Below are positions 37,276 to 50,745 of a DNA stretch of 64,000 nucleotides, one piece after another. The notes beneath the pieces were generated by a model. It was not told where the DNA came from. It did no database searches and was given only the letters and a program-made list of their open reading frames with translations. Source of the stretch: Paecilomyces variotii. Its lineage: Eukaryota. Location: the NCBI GenBank assembly GCA_004022145.1, contig RCNU01000001.1; one strand, written 5' to 3'. The first letter of the stretch is position 1. Each line of letters opens with the position of its first letter. The translations under genes were made by a program, and so were the position numbers.

Positions 37276-39304
37276 ATGAAGAGCTTCTCAGGCCTCCTGA
37301 CCTTTTGTTCGGGGCTGCTCGCGGTCCAGGACGTCCTTGCGTTCAGGCATCCTGAGCAAGCGAACCAACAGCCATTGAACCCAGCCTTGGACAAGGAATC
37401 TCCCTTTGTTAAAGAGCGCCCAAACATCGTCTTTATCATTAGCGACGACCAAGACCTGCAATTGGATTCGATCGAGTACACGCCATTGACCCTCAAGCAT
37501 CTCAAGGAACGGGGCACGTTCTATAAAAATCATTTCGTGACCACGGCCCTGTGCTGTCCGTCTCGAGTTAGTTTATGGACAGGAAGACAGGCTCATAATA
37601 CCAACGTAACAGACGTTCATCCACCATATGGTTAGCAGACATGATTTCCGTCCTCTCCTTCGTAACATAAGCTCATAGAGATATATACCTGATCAGGCGG
37701 TTATCCGAAATTCGTCGCCCAAGGATTCAATTCCAATTTCCTTCCGATTTGGCTCCAGGAAGCTGGCTATGATACCTATTACACCGGAAAGCTCTTCAAT
37801 GCACACACCATCGATAACTATAACGCACCTCATGTAGCTGGGTTCAACGGCTCGGACTTCCTGCTCGATCCGTATACTTATAGCTATCTAAACTCGACGT
37901 ATCAGCGAAACCATGATCCACCCGTTAGCTATGAAGGTCGTCACACGGCTGATGTGATCGAGGAGAAAGCGCTCGGTTTCCTCGACGATGCCATATCGGG
38001 AGACCGTCCTTTTTTCGTCGCCATTGCACCGGTGACGCCTCATTCCAATATTGATCAGGAGGGAACGGTGAAAATGACCGCTCCCATTCCAGCGGAGCGG
38101 CATAAGCATCTGTTCAAGGATGTGAAAGTTCCTCGGACAGAACATTTTAACCCGGATACGGTATGTCTCCCATTTTTCAGTCAAGTGTGACAAATTGTAT
38201 AGTGCTGAAGATGAACCAAAGCCTAGCGGTGTGAACTGGATCAGTCGTCTGCCAAAGCAAAATCAGTCGAATGTCGATTACAATGATCATTTTTATCGAC
38301 AGCGGCTACGTGCACTCCAGACAGTCGACGAACTAGTTGATGGCGTCGTCAAGCGCTTGGAAGAAAGTGGCAAACTTGACAACACCTATATCATCTATAC
38401 TTCTGACAACGGATACCACATCGGCCAGCACCGACTGCAGCCTGGAAAGGAGTGCGGTTTCGAAGAAGATATTCGCGTTCCGCTCTTTATCCGCGGACCA
38501 GGAATTCCGGAGAACCATGTTGAAGATGCTGTAACGACGCATATTGACTTGGCACCGACCTTGTTTGAGATTGCGGGAATCGAGCAAAGAGATGATTTTG
38601 ATGGGACGCCGATCCCGCTCAGCAAAGAGTCCGTTGGTCTCCGCCATGAGCATGTCACTGTAGAATATTGGGGCCTTGCGATCCCCGAGGGCGAATATAA
38701 CGATTTCGGTATGTTTTGGGCCGTCGTGTTGCTATGAGATATGCAAGACCTGCTAACCCTAGAATACAGGGCCTGATAACCCGGCTATAATCACCAACAA
38801 CACGTATAAAGCGCTTCGAATTATCGGAGACGAATACGACCTGTACTACTCTGTCTGGTGTACCAACGAACACCAGCTCTATGATCTTAGAGTATGTGAT
38901 TGAGGCCGATATACACGATGCTAAGAGCGCAACTACTAACAAACCTATTTTAGTCCGATCCATACGAACTCCACAACCTATATCCCACAGGCCGAATTGA
39001 AGACGCAAGCCAACACAGTATTCTCGGCTACCCTCTTTCCCAAGTGATACCCCGTCTTGATGCTCTTTTGTTAGTTCTCAAGTCCTGCAAAGGATCTACC
39101 TGTGTCAAGCCATGGAGTGTGCTCCATCCAAATGGGGATGTTCAGAATCTCCACGACGCGCTCAGCAGCAAGTACAACACCTTTTACCATGAACAGGCGA
39201 AGGTGTCGTACAGTCGATGCGAAGCTGGCTACATCATTGATGCGGAGGGACCCCAGACTCCACTTGTATATAGAGATGGCTTGAGCTGGCATGAATGGGT
39301 CTAG
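37276..39304 (+). CDS. Secreted arylsulfatase (type I, formylglycine), multi-exon
   Basis: Signal peptide MKSFSGLLTFCSGLLAVQDVLA. Motifs RPNIVFIISDDQD, CCPSRVSLWTG, YTGKLFN and YTSDNGYHIGQH. About four GT-AG introns. Confidence 0.95.
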
Positions 39305-39719
39305 GCAATATCTCTAAATAGTCTTATCGACAGAAGGAACATAATTCTACTGCTTCTGGTTTCCCCAAAAGCTTTTTGAACCTATGAAACTACTTTTCCT
39401 AGGGTTATTGCGCACCCAAGGTCCTGGAACGAACTTTATGCAATCACGTGGGTTTTCCATTTCTACTTCCTACAGTACATCCAAGGTCCATCAGGATGAA
39501 ACAGAAAGAGAGACCAAACGCTAGAAAATCAAGCAGATCAACACACGCATCGCAGTAAAGAACGGCAACGTCCCTCCCCACAATCCGCCCCGTTCATTCG
39601 AGACAAAGCCTCTCTATACAGGATGAATGAAATGATCCACCAGAAAATCCATCACGAAAAGCCTATCATTCCAATCCGCCCATCTAGATCCTGAATGATC
39701 CTCCCCCTCCGTTTCTCAT

Positions 39720-40076
39720 CTAGCGCTCGTAGTCACGGTGGTAGGCAGTACCCGTATTCGGATTGCTGTATTCCTTATGAACGCGCTGGGAGCCGTCGAG
39801 TCGCGTATCGACGTCTCGATGGAGGTATCGTCCGCTATCATCCATCCTTTCTCGATGATGGCGACGGCTGCCGTCGGTGTCGTAGTCGATATGCTGGTCG
39901 TATGCACCCGTGGTCGGGTCATAGGTCGTGGCTCCTGCTCCCGCGGCGGTAGTATCGTACGTGGCTGCCGCCGTGGTGCCGGTGTCGTAGGTGGTTCCAG
40001 TATAGGTATTATCGGTGTCGCAGACGGTTCCGCAGGCGGTTCCGCATCTAGCGCCGTAGTTGGTGTAGTCGGTCAT
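39720..40076 (-). CDS. Small hydrophilic T/Y/D-rich protein (118 aa)
   Basis: Strong Kozak context CCAAAATGAC, an upstream TATAAA near 40290 and C-ending codon bias. TYDT-like repeats are followed by an H/R/D-rich C-terminus. Confidence 0.7.
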   Translation of the reverse strand: MTDYTNYGARCGTACGTVCDTDNTYTGTTYDTGTTAAATYDTTAAGAGATTYDPTTGAYDQHIDYDTDGSRRHHRERMDDSGRYLHRDVDTRLDGSQRVHKEYSNPNTGTAYHRDYER

Positions 40077-41095
40077 TTTGGCTGGTAGGTATTGATTTTG
40101 TTGTTCTTGAAAGAAGCTTTTTTTTGTAGATATTTTTTAAAATTTCTTTGCGATATGAAATCACTTTTTTAAAAAATAAATGCGAGGATGCGTTTTTAAG
40201 AGATTGTTTCGAATCAATCAGCAGAGATCATCTGAATCATGAAATCTGATCCGAAAAAATTTTTCCCTGGACACCATTTCTCGACCTGTTTATATCCCCC
40301 ATCGTGGCGGTGATGTTGTCGCGAACATGATACTAACTGACATCACGGGGCCGCCGCCGCTCTCCTCTGGCAAACTGCGGCAAAGAGACTGCTAGAGGAG
40401 GGAATAAAGAGACGCGAATATTAGTACCACGGTTCATGTTTTAGTTGTGATGATGTTTGATCATTCCAGTGGTGAGAAAGGAGAGAGAGTTGTTCCATAC
40501 CATTGTTTTGGTGTGGCTGATGATGTGTTTGATGCGTATGCGGTCTAGGCCACCACCACCACCACCGTTGGCGCCATTTTTGTTCGAGTCGGTTCTAAAC
40601 TGTTGTTATTGGAGATAATAGGATATTATGGGTGGTCTATAGATTCGTCGGGAGGGATAGTAAGTGTTGCTGGTTTGTTGTTGATTTTTCCGGTATGATG
40701 TGTCATGTAGCATTTCGCATTAGTTATGCATGGAATAGCCAGATGGCTAGATTCAGATATTAGACGGAGTCTTTCTGGATCATTACCTGTTCATTTTCTC
40801 TCGGTGCCGGGTCACAATCCGGAATTTGCCTCGTAATACATGGGCGCATACTTTTGAGTCTAATGGTATCTACATTGTCGTCGAGGAAACGCTACGGACG
40901 ATTGCAGTTGATGGTATTGTTGAAGGTTTCCGGAGAAGTTTTTAAGTTTGAATTAGCCCAGAAACACTAAGAACAGCACGTTCGCATAGTCTATATAATT
41001 GAAGAAGAAAAAAAGAAAAGAAAAGAAAAAAAGGGACAAATCTGATATGTACATGTAGGCTATGTTCGTCCGACAACTTACTGTCTGCACGGCAT

Positions 41096-43822
41096 CTATG
41101 TACTGTACAGATACGCGGCGACGACGCCCCCCCATCCACCAGTATTTTCTGCCTCGGTCGCAATAGGCGTGTAATTGTCCAATACAATATTGGTTATGCT
41201 CTTCACGTTGGTGTTATACAAATAGAGTGCTGAAGAAGACTGGGTGCTGATGGCGTTCGTTTGGCAATCGCCATTGCTAGCATTGCAGTTACCGTTGTCG
41301 TTGAAGAAAGCCCACACGCAGCCACCATAGAGGAACAGCTCTGACGATCCCTGAATTAGTTCAAAGAATGCCATGCGGCAGAGAGCATCATCTGTGGCGC
41401 AGTTGGAAAAGTCTGGATCGCTGGCGATGAGGCTACCAGCCCACGGGGCAGGCGCATATTCGCTTCCAGGACCCTGCCAGTACGGCGTCTCGCTCTGTTG
41501 CATAGACGAGAAGACATTTGAAGCATTATTGAAGTTGTACTGGTAAAGCGTGTTGTGTTCGAATGCCGTTCCTACCAGCCAGGTCCCCTTCGTTGCTTCG
41601 ACCAGGATGCCACGACCAGTCGCAATCGTCTGGTTGTTGTTACCGTCCAGGTCATGATCTGCCGTCCAACCCCACATATTCTCGAGATAAGCGGATGATG
41701 TGTTGGTGAGATGCATCATGCCCCATGCGGCTTTGCAGGTATCGGGATCATTCAGGCAAACATCTTCAATGGTAGTTCCCTTGGCACCGCCGACGCGGAA
41801 GTGAGAGTTCCAGAAACCCACGTCTCCAGGATTAGAACCTGCAATGTTAACCTCAACCTAAGATGGTGTTAGTGCAAGAAAAAACAGATTCAGGAGGTCT
41901 GGCAAGCTTACCATTTTGCATCCAGACAGGACGTCAGAGACAGTGAACATCATATCGCTGATCTGGGCCACTCCTACATCGTTGGGCTCCCCAACCTGTA
42001 CCATGGCCGTCGGTGTAAGAGCATTCGCAAAATTGGCCCCGCTAGCACTGATGGCAGAGGCGTATGCATCGCCAAAGATACGAGAGCCTTTCGGCACGAG
42101 AACCGTATCTGTCACAATGTATGTCCCAGCTGGGAAGTAAATAATCTTGCAGCCAGCGTATTGTTGGAGAATAGCATTTATATTCTCAGTATCGTCCGTG
42201 TAACCATCACCGTAGACGGGGTAGTCCGTGACTGTCTTGATGTTTACGAATTGATCCACGGCATATTCCTGGTAGGTTGGGGGCTTCATAGTGAAGTAAT
42301 CACCACTAGACACGAGCGCTGAGGGCCGTGGCGTATTCACTGTCTGACCTGATTCGTATTGCTGATAGGAGTCGCCCGAGGTGTACTGGAATGCATTAGT
42401 CCCAAGACGCTTGACCGAACAAGAGCGATATTCCTCACCAGATCTCCATGTACCCACGTGTCTGTCACGCTCCCGCTAAGGACTACGCTTCCTCCAAGGG
42501 TGACCGTGTTTCCAACGTTCTGGACATTGTCAAGGACAATCGAGTTCGTCGCGCTGCCAGAGCTGTAGGAGCTGATCAGCGTGTCGCTAACGATACCCGT
42601 CGAGTCGATGACAGTCAGTGAACCCGAGGTACTGCTCGCATTAATTCCAATATTGACACCGTTGAACGTGCATCCTTGAAATACGATGTTCGTAGCCCCT
42701 GCTATCACGGCTGTCTTTGTTCCATTGAAGGTGATGCCTTTGAAGACCCATTGCTGACCGCTGAGATCCAGACCAATGTTACCACCATAGAACGTGAGAT
42801 CACCCTACTCAGTGACATTAGCTTCTATATCGAGACAGGCATCTTTGTCTATTACGTACCAGGATAGTGTTGCTGTTATACCCATAATCAGTGGTGAGAC
42901 CAGTATGCCCCGTGGAACCAAGTGGCATATTGAACATAACGTTGGTGATCTGAGTTGCTTGGCTGACGGTCCAGTCAAGGAGTGCAAGAGACTGCGATGG
43001 CTCTACGGCAGTCGAATCGATGACAATGTTCTTTATACCAATATAGAAATTGACCGTGCCACCCAGGTTCGGGTCCTTGCCATAAACAATATGATCATCC
43101 GGAAAATTACTGCTCGCCTTCAAAACGGGAGGATTGATCGGATCTCCCACAATCACAGTACCAACGAAGAGTTGGATACTAGCTTGCATCAAGTACGTCC
43201 CGGACGGTAGATAAACTATTGCAGGCTTCGTCGTCGTTCCTGTTGAATTTGTGGTCCGGTCAAATGCCCCGGTGACTCCAGCTTGTGCTTAATTAGCACA
43301 AGGTCAATTAATTTTCTCTCAAGTGCACCGCAACATACCATTGATGGCATTCTGGATAGCAGCAGACGCATCTTTCGCGCCTGTATTGTCTGCTCCAAAA
43401 CTAGTGACTACATTTCGAAAGACCGAATAACTGGCCTTATCCGCTGCAGTCAAGTACGACGACTCTCCGTTATGAGTGATTGCCTCATACCAGAACTGGG
43501 AAGAGCCGGCAGTGAGGCTAGAGCAGCTAGCGGATTGAGCGGGGTTATTAGCAGGGCCATCACCGGCACCAATGCCTAAGGTAAAATTCGTCGAGTTGAA
43601 GAAGCTTATCCCAGTTGTTTCATTCCATATACTAGACCAATAATAAGTATTACCACATAGACGATTGGATACAATAGGAGTCACTCACTCAAAGGGAGGG
43701 TCGTCTGTGATGATAGAGGGGAATCTAGCCGAGGCGTCTGCGCCTTGACTGAGAGGGAGCGCTGCTGCAAGCGTGTTTAAGAAGAGAGCGGACAAACACA
43801 AAATCTGTTTGGGGCCCACCAT
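41096..43822 (-). CDS. Secreted exo-beta-1,3-glucanase, GH55 (beta-helix), multi-exon
   Basis: Signal peptide MVGPKQILCLSALFLNTLAAA. Motifs VFRNVVTSFGADNTGAKDASAAIQNAI, DWTVSQATQI, GDGYTDDTENIN..IYFPAGTYIVTDT, YLENMWGWTADHDLD and QQSETPYWQ. Confidence 0.93.
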
Positions 43823-44945
43823 ATTGGCGACCTTGATAGGGAATGAAACGACCAGAAAATAGAAAAAAGAAAGACAGAGGTAATAATGAGCGACAAATGT
43901 TTAAACGAGTGAAAATCCCAGCCTCCGTCTGAGAGCAATCGCGCAACTGGACCAGACAGGGTTTAAATAACCATTCTACCTGCTGACAGACACGTACGCT
44001 GACGCTGTCTTCTTGTCCTTGTCCTCCAAGATGTGGCCCCAGTTAAAGAGCGAAGGGTCAGCAACGTTGAAGGACAGCGCAGAGCAGGCCGGTATCCAGC
44101 GCGGAATGTCGTTGTCGCGTACGACGCTGAAGGGGCTGCTAAAAAGCTTGGTTTGACGAGATGGACACAGTCCAGAAGAGACCCCTTGCTGCACGTGATG
44201 TTTATCATGGCTGTCAGCATGGATGATCGAGTCTGGAAGTGTTTACTAGTCTCCGACCGGAAGGTCCTTGATTCCATTATTATTAAGTCCTGTGACGGTG
44301 CGACTGGCTCCCGGTCTACTACTGGTTAAGCTAGGCATATCTGGTGTTATGTATACACATTAGCGTGCCGTCAATCCCTTGGCGATCAATTGGCTAAAGG
44401 AGTCGCCCATGTATGACGCAGCAAATGATGGACAACAGCGACTAGATATGAAGTGGGTATCCTTACGCTCAGGGCTCTTATTCTTCTATGTAGTATGTGC
44501 TTGTATGTTTAGAGTTCAGTGTGAAACAGAAAAGGCGCTTGATATGAGATGTAAACCAGTCGGGCAACCATGGGTTATCATCAGGAACATGGAGATAGGT
44601 TCCTAGGTCGGCACGAAATAAGCTTAGTTCCCATCGGGCCCTCCCAGAATTTAGTAACTAGTTATGTATAGTTAGAACTTGGGTTTCGATGGCATCCACT
44701 GTCTATGCTGACTTCGATTGAGGGTATAGTTAATACGAAGTGTGTCGAGATGGGGTCGCGTTTGTGGGGTCCAAGGTAGACAGTAAGCGACCCAAGAATT
44801 CCAATTTCAGATGCGAATCCAATATTGGAAACACAATCTATTCTGCAAAAGAGAGGTTACGCGGCTCATGCATGCTGCGTGCTTCTTTATTTTCTGGTGG
44901 CCGGTCTTGAGGTGTGGTTGTAGAGTCTAAGGTTATCGGGTCATC

Positions 44946-46230
44946 TTAGTCGAGCCGATCCCCGCCTTGAAGCGGTTCTGTACAGAAGGCATCATTTATT
45001 TCCCCTATCGCCATGACAAATTTGGTGCCCTGAACGTGTATCTGAACGGTAGCAACAGTGAGCGCAGACAGTTCGTCGATGTTGCCGATGATGTAGGCCA
45101 GCGTCCGTGCCTCTGCAAGTTTCAGTTGTCGTTTCCCTCCAGCCAGATACTCGCGAACCGCGTGTACGAGAGCCCCCATCATCAGCTGCAGGGCTGAGAT
45201 ACCGTCAAGCAGCTTGAGCGCGGCTAGGCTAGCGCCTTCTTGTGCAATGATAGCAGGATCTGCTTGTACGGAGTAGTGTAGCTGGACTCCTGCAGGAGCA
45301 CTGGCCGGAAGCTGTAGCAGAGTGCCTCAAATATCGACATGCGCAAGAGTTGCTGTTGCAAGGGAAGGGAGCATGACTAGACAGTCCCATTATTGTTGCT
45401 TATCTGGCTGCGGAGCGAAGACAGGCGGCACCGTGGCGAGGAATTTACTGCAGAACTTTTCATACTTTCCTCTGCTGCTATCGTACCGTACTCAGTTCCT
45501 TTCGTCGGCCAGTGTCTTCTCCAGAAGTCGGCAACTGGAGTCCACGTTCTGCAAATCCATCCAGGGCGTGGAACCCGCCATCTAAATCAAGTAGGACGTG
45601 CATTCATGGCATATGTCTGGTACTCGCACCTCACTATCGCAATATTGGAACTCTTGGGGCTCCAGAAAGCGGCTCTGTCGCCCTAGAAACTTCCTTTTGA
45701 CGATATATCCTCATAAAAGGTTTTTTGAGATATAAGGTCCCCGTAGAATTCCAATTGTTATAGGGCACCCCGCATATCCTGCATTTCTGCTTCACCAGGT
45801 CTTCTAAAAAGAGTATATTGCCGTTTTGGTCAAGTCCTTATAGCCTTGTGAGGGGCTTCAGATATGCGGTCAGCTGTCACTGATAGGAGCTGGAATTGTA
45901 TGCACTGATAGTGAGACTAGTTAGCCAATAGTTCGTGCGGAGTGATGGAGGATATCACCCACTGAACGGAGAATATGTTGTGTACAGCCTCATATATCCC
46001 CGGCACTTGTGGACAAGCGTTTGCCACCCTTGCACCTATCTAGGTATACTCGCGGGTCAAAGATGGAGCGGGGATGGAGCGGGTCAAACACTGGAGGTCT
46101 GTTAGCTAGCGTACGATCGCAAAGAACATAATGCTCAATCATCCAAACACTTCACAAACGTCCGGTACCCTGCTCATACCTTCATATTCAAATAAGTCAC
46201 GAAGCTCCATTGCGACATTTACCTAGCGAC
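44946..46230 (-). pseudogene. Decayed fungal-specific (Zn2Cys6-class) transcription factor
   Basis: Frameshifted fragments read FAERGLQ/VADFWR, YEKFCSKFLATVPPVFAPQPDKQQ*WD, LQQQLLRMSIFEALCYSFRPVLL, PYKQILLSLHKKALA/AALKLLDGISALQLMMG/SYTRFASI. These resemble the C-terminal middle-homology region of fungal C6 TFs, with stops and frameshifts. Boundaries are approximate. Confidence 0.62.
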
Positions 46231-47294
46231 GTCTGGCATTGATGATCATTCTTCTCTATGCGAGGCAGCGTCGACGGCGTCCTTTATCGTCGCGAAGTTT
46301 AAGGAGAAAGTGGTGCATCAGAACACGTCAACCTCGAAAACAGAGATCATCACAGCTGTCCGCCCAAGGTCACGTCCGTTATCGCCATATAAATGTCAAA
46401 CATCATGCATGATCACCGAACCGGTGCGATGATCAAAATGGTCAAATCTAGGCATTCTGACAGCTCATCGTCAATTCGACCTCTACTAAGTATGTAGGCT
46501 CCTGGCCGGAGTTATTTTCAAGTTTAGGTGCGAGAACGTGTATATATATTCAACCCCACCCACGTGCTATAGACAAACTATACAGGCTATCCATCTTCGC
46601 TGGACTCATTAACTGCTCATATAGACACCCAGCACGTCAAATGACCCTATCCTAGAATGCAGATGTGCCTTAGGTAGTCCAAATAGTGTTAAAAGCCTGG
46701 ATTTTGTACCAGACACGGCAAGAATTAGCGATGGTGAAATACAAGGGACGCATGACAATACTCCGTTATAGTATCTGGGTTTGGCAGTGACTACCTAACC
46801 AACATCATTGAGGTATATAAAGTACATAGACCTGTTCGGTACGATGTCTTGCTCATTTCTCCGTGAGTCTATCTTTGGTCGCATTGCGGCAGTCTACATG
46901 TGGTGTGGCGGTACGGTCCAAGGAACGCTTGAGTACGCAATCGGATGCCGCCAGAGATACCATGGCAATAGACTAATTTTTTTCGAAGAAAAGTCTTAAA
47001 ATGCCCCAAAATTCACCGAATGAAAGATATAATGAAGGCTTCGCTACCGAAGAATGAGGCTTTGCATGTCATAGCGCAATCCAGATACCTGAGAAAGACT
47101 TTGGTTCGCAACACTTGGGAATAACGATATAGGCTGCGCACATGCTATGCTTTCACGCCCCCCCGCAGTTCTCTCCTGGTGATCCGATGATAGGCCATAG
47201 TAATCGGAGTCGTTAGCATTGTGCAGCAACACGAAACAGACAACCCCTCTTCGAAGAGCCTGGTTCGGGTTCCTTACTGCATGCAGTGTTGAAC

Positions 47295-47833
47295 ATGGAT
47301 GAGCCCGTTATCCAACGCTCGACGCAGAAGGCCCGGCAAAGTCAATTATAAGACTATGGACTGTCGCTGGTGCGTGTTCTCGAGGAATGGTCGCATGATA
47401 CCTGATGGAGGTGAACCACTGTAGATTAGCTCGAGGGTTAATGAATGTCTTCATTCCAAGTCTCCTCTTCGAGCAATTTGGTCCCAGGGATCCGGTCTTC
47501 GTTGATACAATTAACTGGGTGGAGTTGCTCGATGCTGATACAAGAAGAGCCTCAGGTCGGGAACCTATCCTTGGTAGTAGCGCATTGTTCCAAACTCTCG
47601 AGAGACCGACCAAACATCCAGAGAAACCAGAGAAACAGTTTGATTTATGGCAGAGACACTCCGCCAAGAAATACGGTTCGTAGCTGGTACAGAAGTATGG
47701 CTTTGAGCATGTCTGTCTCAGAAGTTATCTGGAGTCAGCAATGTACCATAAACTGCCTCGAAAGATGAGAGTTGGAATACTTAGTACTGAGTGGACCAGA
47801 CTTCGTGTCGATGATGATCGTGAATCAAGGTAA
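47295..47833 (+). pseudogene. Possible gene relic, unknown family
   Basis: A protein-like frame continues through the TAG at 47681-83 (...KKYGS*LVQKYGFEHVCLRSYLESAMYHKLPRKM...). An upstream piece, MDEPVIQ..QL*DYGLSLVRVLEEW, lies in another frame. Confidence 0.3.
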
Positions 47834-48493
47834 AGTGGGGTTAGTGAGTCCGTCTCATAGCGCGAGGGGGCAATAATGAAGCCGGCTGGTCTTAGTCTCG
47901 ACTCGAATGTCACGACGTCGCAACGCGATAGGGGCCCGCGAAAGAGGAACGCGAGAGATGGTGCACGAATTCACGTCGTCAGGAGTATCTAGTGCTATCT
48001 TGTTCTTGGTTAACTTAACTATCATCTTCATCAACGATCGAGCAGAGACTGAGGCGCAGCCTTGGAACGCAGGCTGTGACGCTTGATCATCTCCCAAGGT
48101 ACGGAATCTCCACTCGCCCCCCGGGCGGCTTTGCTCCTGATCGCAATCTCCAACTCCAACCTCAATCGGTCAGCCCAACGCTCTTTTTCCATCTTCTCGG
48201 CACCTAGCTTAGCCTTCTTTATCCTTAACAGACGTTGAATTGATTTCAACTGTCTGCTTGTTTCTGGCTGGGGAGGGCATGGTCCAATAGAGCTAGCTCT
48301 GCTTGCACGACACTCGTTTCCACCAACCATTACAGCCCGTCAGGGACGGCGCAATCGATACTTCCATCCTCATGATCCCGCGACGACTTATATCGCTTTC
48401 GACCGCGCTCGTCGCCATCAGGTTGTTCCCCGTATAATCGAATCTCTCGTCCATCGGACTGGTGGTGGCTACTGAGCCTGCCACGACTCGGCC

Positions 48494-50745
48494 ATGCTTC
48501 TCAAGCCCGCTACGCCGCTCACAATACTGCTTCTTGCGGCCTTCGCACTCCTGCTCCTATCGGTGATCTCGACCCCGATCGTAAAAGGCATCCCGCTGGC
48601 GACCTTTGAAAATGTGGACTTTGGGGTATTCGGATATTGCAAACAAGATGGATGCAGTGAGCTCAGGATAGGATACAGCACAAGTCAGGACCCCCTTTCC
48701 TTAAGTACTGAATTGCGCCGTGCGCTGACTTTTATATTTTGCTTCTGTAGCGGGTCTATTCAGTTCCAGCTCCAATGACAGTGACTTCGACCTACCATCC
48801 AGCGCGCGCACGTCGCTCTCTTCCATTCTCGTGGTCCATCCAATTGCGGCATTCCTTACTTTCGTCTGTCTTTGCTTGGCCTTCGCAGCCCATTTCCACG
48901 CCCCGTCTCACTCCCCGCGATACTTACTGGGCCTTCTTATTCTTCTACTTCCTACACTTCTTGTCAGTTTGTTGGCTTTTTTGGTCGATATTCTTCTTTT
49001 TGTCCCGCATCTACAATGGGGTGGTTGGATTGTGCTCGCGGCAACCATTCTATTGGTCACGTGTGGCGTCGTCACTTGTGCTATGCGACGCACCCTCGTG
49101 AGTCGGAAGGCTAGGAAGAGACGTATTGCAGAAAATGCAGAGATGAGTGGTGAGAACTATTACAATCGCCAGAATGCTTTGGCTGCTTCTTTTGCCAAGG
49201 CGGACTCTCCGCCGCCGCTCAGCACGGAGACCAAGGCTCCTCTCATCTCTGGTGCGCCATCCTCAGACAATGCTCCCGCCGTCGCTGAATTCGACGTAAC
49301 AGGGCGATCAACCGATGATGATCGTCTGCCTTTGAACTCTCGAAATGCGAACAATATGCCAACGGGTGCAATGCCAAACGACCGCGTTGACCGCTATGGG
49401 CCCTCAGGACCACCTGGACCACCTGCAGGTAATCAACGACCGTACCTCACGCGCGATGAGTTTGGAAACCCTCTTCCTCCACCGGGCCCCCCTTATACGG
49501 CCGGGCCCGGTATGCCTCCTGAGGCAGGAGACCCTAGACTGCGAAATCAATATTCCGATAGCAGTATGGGTTCACGAAGAGGGCCACCACAGGGACCCGG
49601 ACCTCGAGGCAGAGGTGGTTACCCCCCGAGAGGTGGTTATGGCCGGGGAGGTCCTTATGGTGGACCGCGTGGGCCGCCCCCAAACGGACGGGGTCGTCCG
49701 ACAGGCCCCATGCGTGGTGCTCCTCCAGGTCCAGGCATGATGAGGGGAAGAGGCCAACGGGGACCACCTCCTGGCTATCCGCAGACCAGAGGCGGTCCAC
49801 CAGGTGGTTTCGGTCCTTACGGTCCAGGCCCTGACCCTCGACCGCCTCCCAACTTCGGCGGATATGTGCCCGATATCCCTCAAGAGTACGATTACAGACC
49901 CCGTGGCCCATCGCCTGGCGGTCCGATGAGACGTCCCCCGCCTGGAGCGGTCGGGATGGATATGCCACCAAACAACGGGAACCGTGAAGTTGAAGCTTTC
50001 GAGATGACACCTCAGGCGGCAGGTCCCAGACCGCGAGATCCTTATCCAGAAGCTCAGGCTCCTGCTGACATGCTGCAACCACAAAATGCGCAAGTGGGAC
50101 AAATGGGAGACCAGAGTCCCACGAGCGTGTACAGCCCGACAGAGTAAGATATATTCGCGCTTCGTTTACTGTGTACTCTGCAAGCTAACCCCACATTCTA
50201 GGCCGTATGTCCCACCACGTAACGGTTGGACTGATAACGGACCCCGTGCAGCAGATCCGATGCCCTTAAACGAGCCTCGGCTTCCACGCTTACCGCCAGT
50301 AGACGAAAGGCAGGTTATGAACCGTGCGGAACCGGTTCCACGCCCCGAAAATAATTATTATGAAGATATCGAGCCCAAATTTGCGGCGCCTCGACTTCCT
50401 GCTTCGAATGATCCGGTACCATCGGCACTTGTTCCGGGACCGCCCCCCATTGAAATTATTCCAGTGAGCGGCTCTTACGACGAGATACCGGAGGGCGCTC
50501 GGTCGCCTGCCGCCAGTGATGTCAGTCATTTCACCTCTATATCGGAGCGAGGCATAAACCCCAGGTGGCGCCCACCGCCACCTCCAAGCCGCATGGTACA
50601 GCAACGGAGAGAAGACATTCTACTTGAAGACAACCCTGATTTTAATTTGCGGGCTGGAAGAGGACGGGGTGGTGGCATTGATCGCGGTGGGCGGATGCCA
50701 ACCCTGCCTTCTCTACGTGGTGATGGAAGATACCCTATGCCTTAA
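48494..50745 (+). CDS. palI: pH-signalling membrane protein PalI/Rim9 (SUR7/PalI family)
   Basis: Exons are 48494-48683, 48751-50143 and 50202-50745. The N-terminus is MLLKPATPLTILLL..FGVFGYC, with TM helices, a P/G-rich tail and SHFTSISERGINPRW. Confidence 0.93.
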
